DNA of 64,000 bases from Selaginella moellendorffii (Eukaryota; Plantae; Lycopodiophyta). Of this stretch, positions 60,193 through 64,000 are shown one piece after another. Within the stretch, counting starts at the first letter, position 1, and every line of letters starts with the position of its first letter. The stretch is from positions 1,460,834-1,524,833 of the forward strand of contig NW_003314305.1 in the NCBI RefSeq assembly GCF_000143415.4. The letters run 5' to 3'. The notes under the pieces are model-generated. The model was not told the DNA's origin and ran no database searches. It saw only the letters and a program-made list of their open reading frames with translations. The position numbers and the translations under genes are program-made.

Positions 60193-61379
60193 TATCTGTA
60201 AAATTAGGTCAAAAAGCCCAGGTTAAAGCCCTAAAGCTTTGCATTTGGGTGAATGACTTGAGAAGAATGAGGCTGTATGTATAGATTGCTGGGCAACAAA
60301 ACAATGGGTGTTGCAAATCACTTGTGAATGTTAAATTTTTTTGAAGTATTTAACAATAGATCTTTTGAGTTCATCATATACGCACGAGAACCAGACGAAG
60401 TACCTTTCGAGAAACTACGGCCTCGAGATAATTGGGAGCAGTTAACTAATATCATACAAAAAGGGGTTGATTATTTGTTAGTTTTCAAGCTTGTATACAG
60501 GAATGCAGTGTATTATTCTTTGACGTGTACAAGGGTCATTTTAAAAAACCTGTAACTCAGAGGGAGTGCAATCATTGATGAGTGACCCCCTGGGGCTCTA
60601 GGTTACCTGGTTGTGACATGTGGTTTCATTTAATGCTGTATGAATATGGGAATTGTGTGAGAAAACGTGCTCACACTCTGCTGTGGGAAGAGATGAGGAA
60701 TGAAGAGAGAGAACATGAGCTAGCTAGCTTACTAATATGGTGTGCAATTCGTAAAAGGGTGAGTGTTACTGTGGTAGATTTCACTCACAATACAGTGTCC
60801 ATGTGGCAGTTTTCTATTGGTTCAGCATTAAATATCATTTGAATGCCTCATGGATACCCCATTGGCCCGATGGGTTGATGATGTCCCCATAATATGAACA
60901 ATATGCTGTATATAGATGCCATATATCATCAAGTTTGACCCCATGACATAGGGATTCATCAGGTCATAGGGTTTAGGAGACACTTCTTTGCCTTAGCGCC
61001 TTATTTTAGTGCTCTGTTATTCTGCATGTTTCTTGGTAGTAGATGTGAAAGGTAATTTAGTTTGCTAGTGATTGGTTTCAAATGTTTTTGTGGGCAATGT
61101 TGGAAGTGGCTTTGATTTACTACTCAATTGCTCTCTATGGACTTTCAAGTTCCTACCATAAGTATAGTTCCTTCCCTAGTTTACTTCAAATTTGTGTCAC
61201 TAAAACTTTTTTTTCCATGTTTACTGGAAGATGTGGAGGAAGACGAGGTGGATGGCCTTCCATATAATTTTAGTGATTTGTACTGTGGCTCTAATATGGA
61301 TAGTAACAATGATGCTCTCCCAGAGGTTTGTTTAGTTTCCAGTCTCATAGATTCATGATTTGCATGTTTCTAGGCCTTC

Positions 61380-62600
61380 TATAATTTTTTGCAATTGAGG
61401 GGATTTAGTAGTCCAGCTGCATTTGGCACTTGGATGCACCTGAAGATCCTAGAGACTAAAACTATTGCTTACCTGGCATGCTATTTTAGAATTTCCAAGC
61501 CAACACTATACAAATATATGTGGCTTGTTGATTCAAATTGGAGAGGTGCATATTATAGAGTACCACCTGAAGAGGTACTTCATCACTTTCAAACTAACAA
61601 TGCCATGAATCAAGGTGGCACAAACTGGGGGATTATCAATTCCCGATTTAACTGTCGAATTGGAGGATACTAGTTTAGCTGATGCCAAATTTGTGAGGCC
61701 TTAGCCACTCACGATCCAAGTAGGCTGGAATAGAGGTACATGACAAGGATTCGGTGATGAATTTACAGGAATGAGAAGGCTTATGCACTTTGCCATATGG
61801 ATTGTGAGTATTCTTTTATTTCTACTTTTTGTTAGCACATGTGGTAATATGTTTATTGTAGCATATTGCAAGCTTGTAAGCTATGGTTTCTATGTACATA
61901 CCATTATTTGCAGAGCAACTCATTATATTGTAGCTAGCTACCTCCAAAGAATCCCATGCAATATTCAACTCATATGTGCAGGTTGTTCATCGATTTGGAA
62001 GGCCCAAGCGCATCTGGAGCGATAATGCTCCAAAGCACAATGAGGTTGAGAGGGATATGGTCTGCTGTTGGGGTCCTACAACTAAGAGCTTCATATGTGG
62101 GACATCAACACGTAACCAGATACTCACAACGTTAGAGTGTTTCCAAATAAGGACTAAATCAAACTTGTTTTGCAGCGCATAAAACATTTGTGGAGAGAGC
62201 TCTTTGAGTGTGTGGTGTGGTTTTATAAACATCTTTTTGAGTTCATGGAAAATATAGGAATTCTTGATATATTTAATCCATATCACAACCAAAGTCTACG
62301 TTGTGTCTTTGCTCCATACCTCAAGAAGGATATTTTATATTGGGTTGCAACCTAAAACCTCCACGAGGTCCGTCCATATCAATGTGGTGATTACTTTAGA
62401 TCATTTCATGTTCCTACAACCTTATTTCAACCAATGGAACGAGAGCTTGGGTAAGAATTTTGGTAATGTTACAGAATTCTTTATAAATTGTGTTTTTGTA
62501 GGATTATGACGGCTGTTGGTGGAAAAAATATTGAAGACCTTTCTAGACCATTTCTCTCTAATGTTGAAGGTGTAACTCTGTCAAAAGTAATCTTTAGAGC
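61380..62600 (+). mobile_element. Decayed intron-containing integrase-like (DDE) transposase gene
   Basis: HDP..RIR..Y..ALCHMD, RFGRPKRIWSDN, SFICGTSTRNQRIKHLWREL, LFEFMENIGILDIFNPYH..VFAPYL..(W)NLH; contains stops. Confidence 0.6.
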
Positions 62601-64000
62601 AAGAATAGAATAATTTCTTTAAATCTATTTCGTTGTGTTTGGCTACCTTATAGGCTCTTGGCACTATTTGAAACCAGGCATTTTTTATGCATCGGGAGGG
62701 ACTCAACTTGGATAAGCAATATCTATTTCATTTAAATTTAACAATGGAGTGTGCAATGGTTAATATTGTGGGTGTAAATCTACCACTTTACATCAAAAGT
62801 GTCTTGCCTACAATAACACCAGTGAAGCAACAAGCTTTGGAAAAATTATACTTGGCCATACTCAGAGAAAATTAAGTGTTCTTTAGTGTACATTTCAAAT
62901 TTAAATTCAATTCTTGATTTCTTCAATTTTAGGGTTCCCACGTCTGGAATTAGGGTTTACCCCAAGTCCCCCATATTAATTGTGCCTTGGATATAGAGCG
63001 ATTTTATTTTATGACATGATTTTATCAATGGTTCATTCATTCTTCGCATCATTTAACCAGAGGCAAGGCTTCTAGTGCACACTCCCCCGATTGCAAGACC
63101 ACTACCCAAGCAAGAGTGCCACAACTGTGATGGTGGGTAACTTCTCCTTGATTAAGTTTGCATAACCAATCCCTTGTAGTTTCTAGGCTTGAAGCAAGAA
63201 TATTACACGCCTCAACAACAATAGACATTATGCAAGAAACACTTTGCAAGCATGCAACCAAGCACTTGATGTTTCGCAATCGGTATTACTAACAGTCCCA
63301 TGAGACACATGCCAGCCACTTGATTTTCCAAGCTCTACAGCAGGGACATCAACTCCAACAACATCCCATCCGTAGTTCTTGACAACATTTGAGCAAGCAA
63401 AGCGTTGCCTAACATTGCATACACTGCAACATATGCAAAACCTCCAACATGTTTCATTCTCCTCACCTTCCTTGGAAAGTAGTAGCCCAAACGTCCGAAA
63501 TAAGCAAGTCTGGATGCCTCATACCCACAGTGTTGTCCAATTTGGAATGCTACTACCAACACCAACTACAGGACGTGCTCACGAAACTCTATATAGTGCC
63601 ACTGCTACCAACCCTGCAACTCCACTAGCTGCTACAACTCTCGCAACTCCATCTACCGGTACAAGTGCCAATACTTGGCTATCTACCTCCCGAAGCAACA
63701 AGTGGTCTAGCTTGGTAAGTTTTTCATTTATACCTATCTTTTTTCCATGTGTTTTTCTGTGTAGGGTGAGTTGACAATGCCGCCACACTAGCGAGCTTAT
63801 AGTTCCCCATCAGCATTCCACAACTACTCCCAATGATCGACATCATCATCTAGTGGAGCTTCGACATCCAGATATGTTCAAGCTAACCCTCAAGGTGGGC
63901 TGCCATGTGAGCCACAAGTATAACATGACCTCATGCATTCTTCATTTTTTTTTTTTGGATTTGTTTAATTCATTTTCATTTCACTGTGCCAGACTCTCTC

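Noticed and set aside
62900-64000. Short ORFs at the window end
   Set aside because: No recognisable motifs; possibly part of the adjacent transposon relic.

Overview
Eukaryotic nuclear DNA from a compact land-plant genome. Mostly 50-70 nt introns, very short intergenic gaps and microbial-type terpene synthase genes point to a lycophyte such as Selaginella (inference). 1-12 kb is a dense block of conserved genes: fused ALKBH8-TRM9, saposin-like ER protein, ABCI12, a Tim21-like protein, a Cys-rich peptide and an ENT transporter. 12-27 kb holds an apparently intact ~2000-aa ZNFX1-like gene (PB1-CCCH-SF1 helicase-NFX1 fingers-RING-like-TPR-RZ finger), bracketed by two eroded, oppositely oriented copies of itself, plus an intronless microbial-like GMC oxidoreductase, TauE/SafE and two tRNA genes. 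27-43 kb is repeat-rich: microsatellites, a decayed Ty3/gypsy element and an assembly gap. 43-60 kb is a rearranged accessory region with four MTPSL pseudogene copies, a highly diverged but intact AUX1/LAX-like gene and its inverted pseudogene copy, captured gene fragments, a MITE and a TPR/J-like gene. 60-63 kb is a decayed intron-containing integrase-like transposase. The strongest candidate for an undescribed system is the PB1-fused ZNFX1-like RNA sensor/E3 ligase. All calls come from manual reading; no database searches were run.
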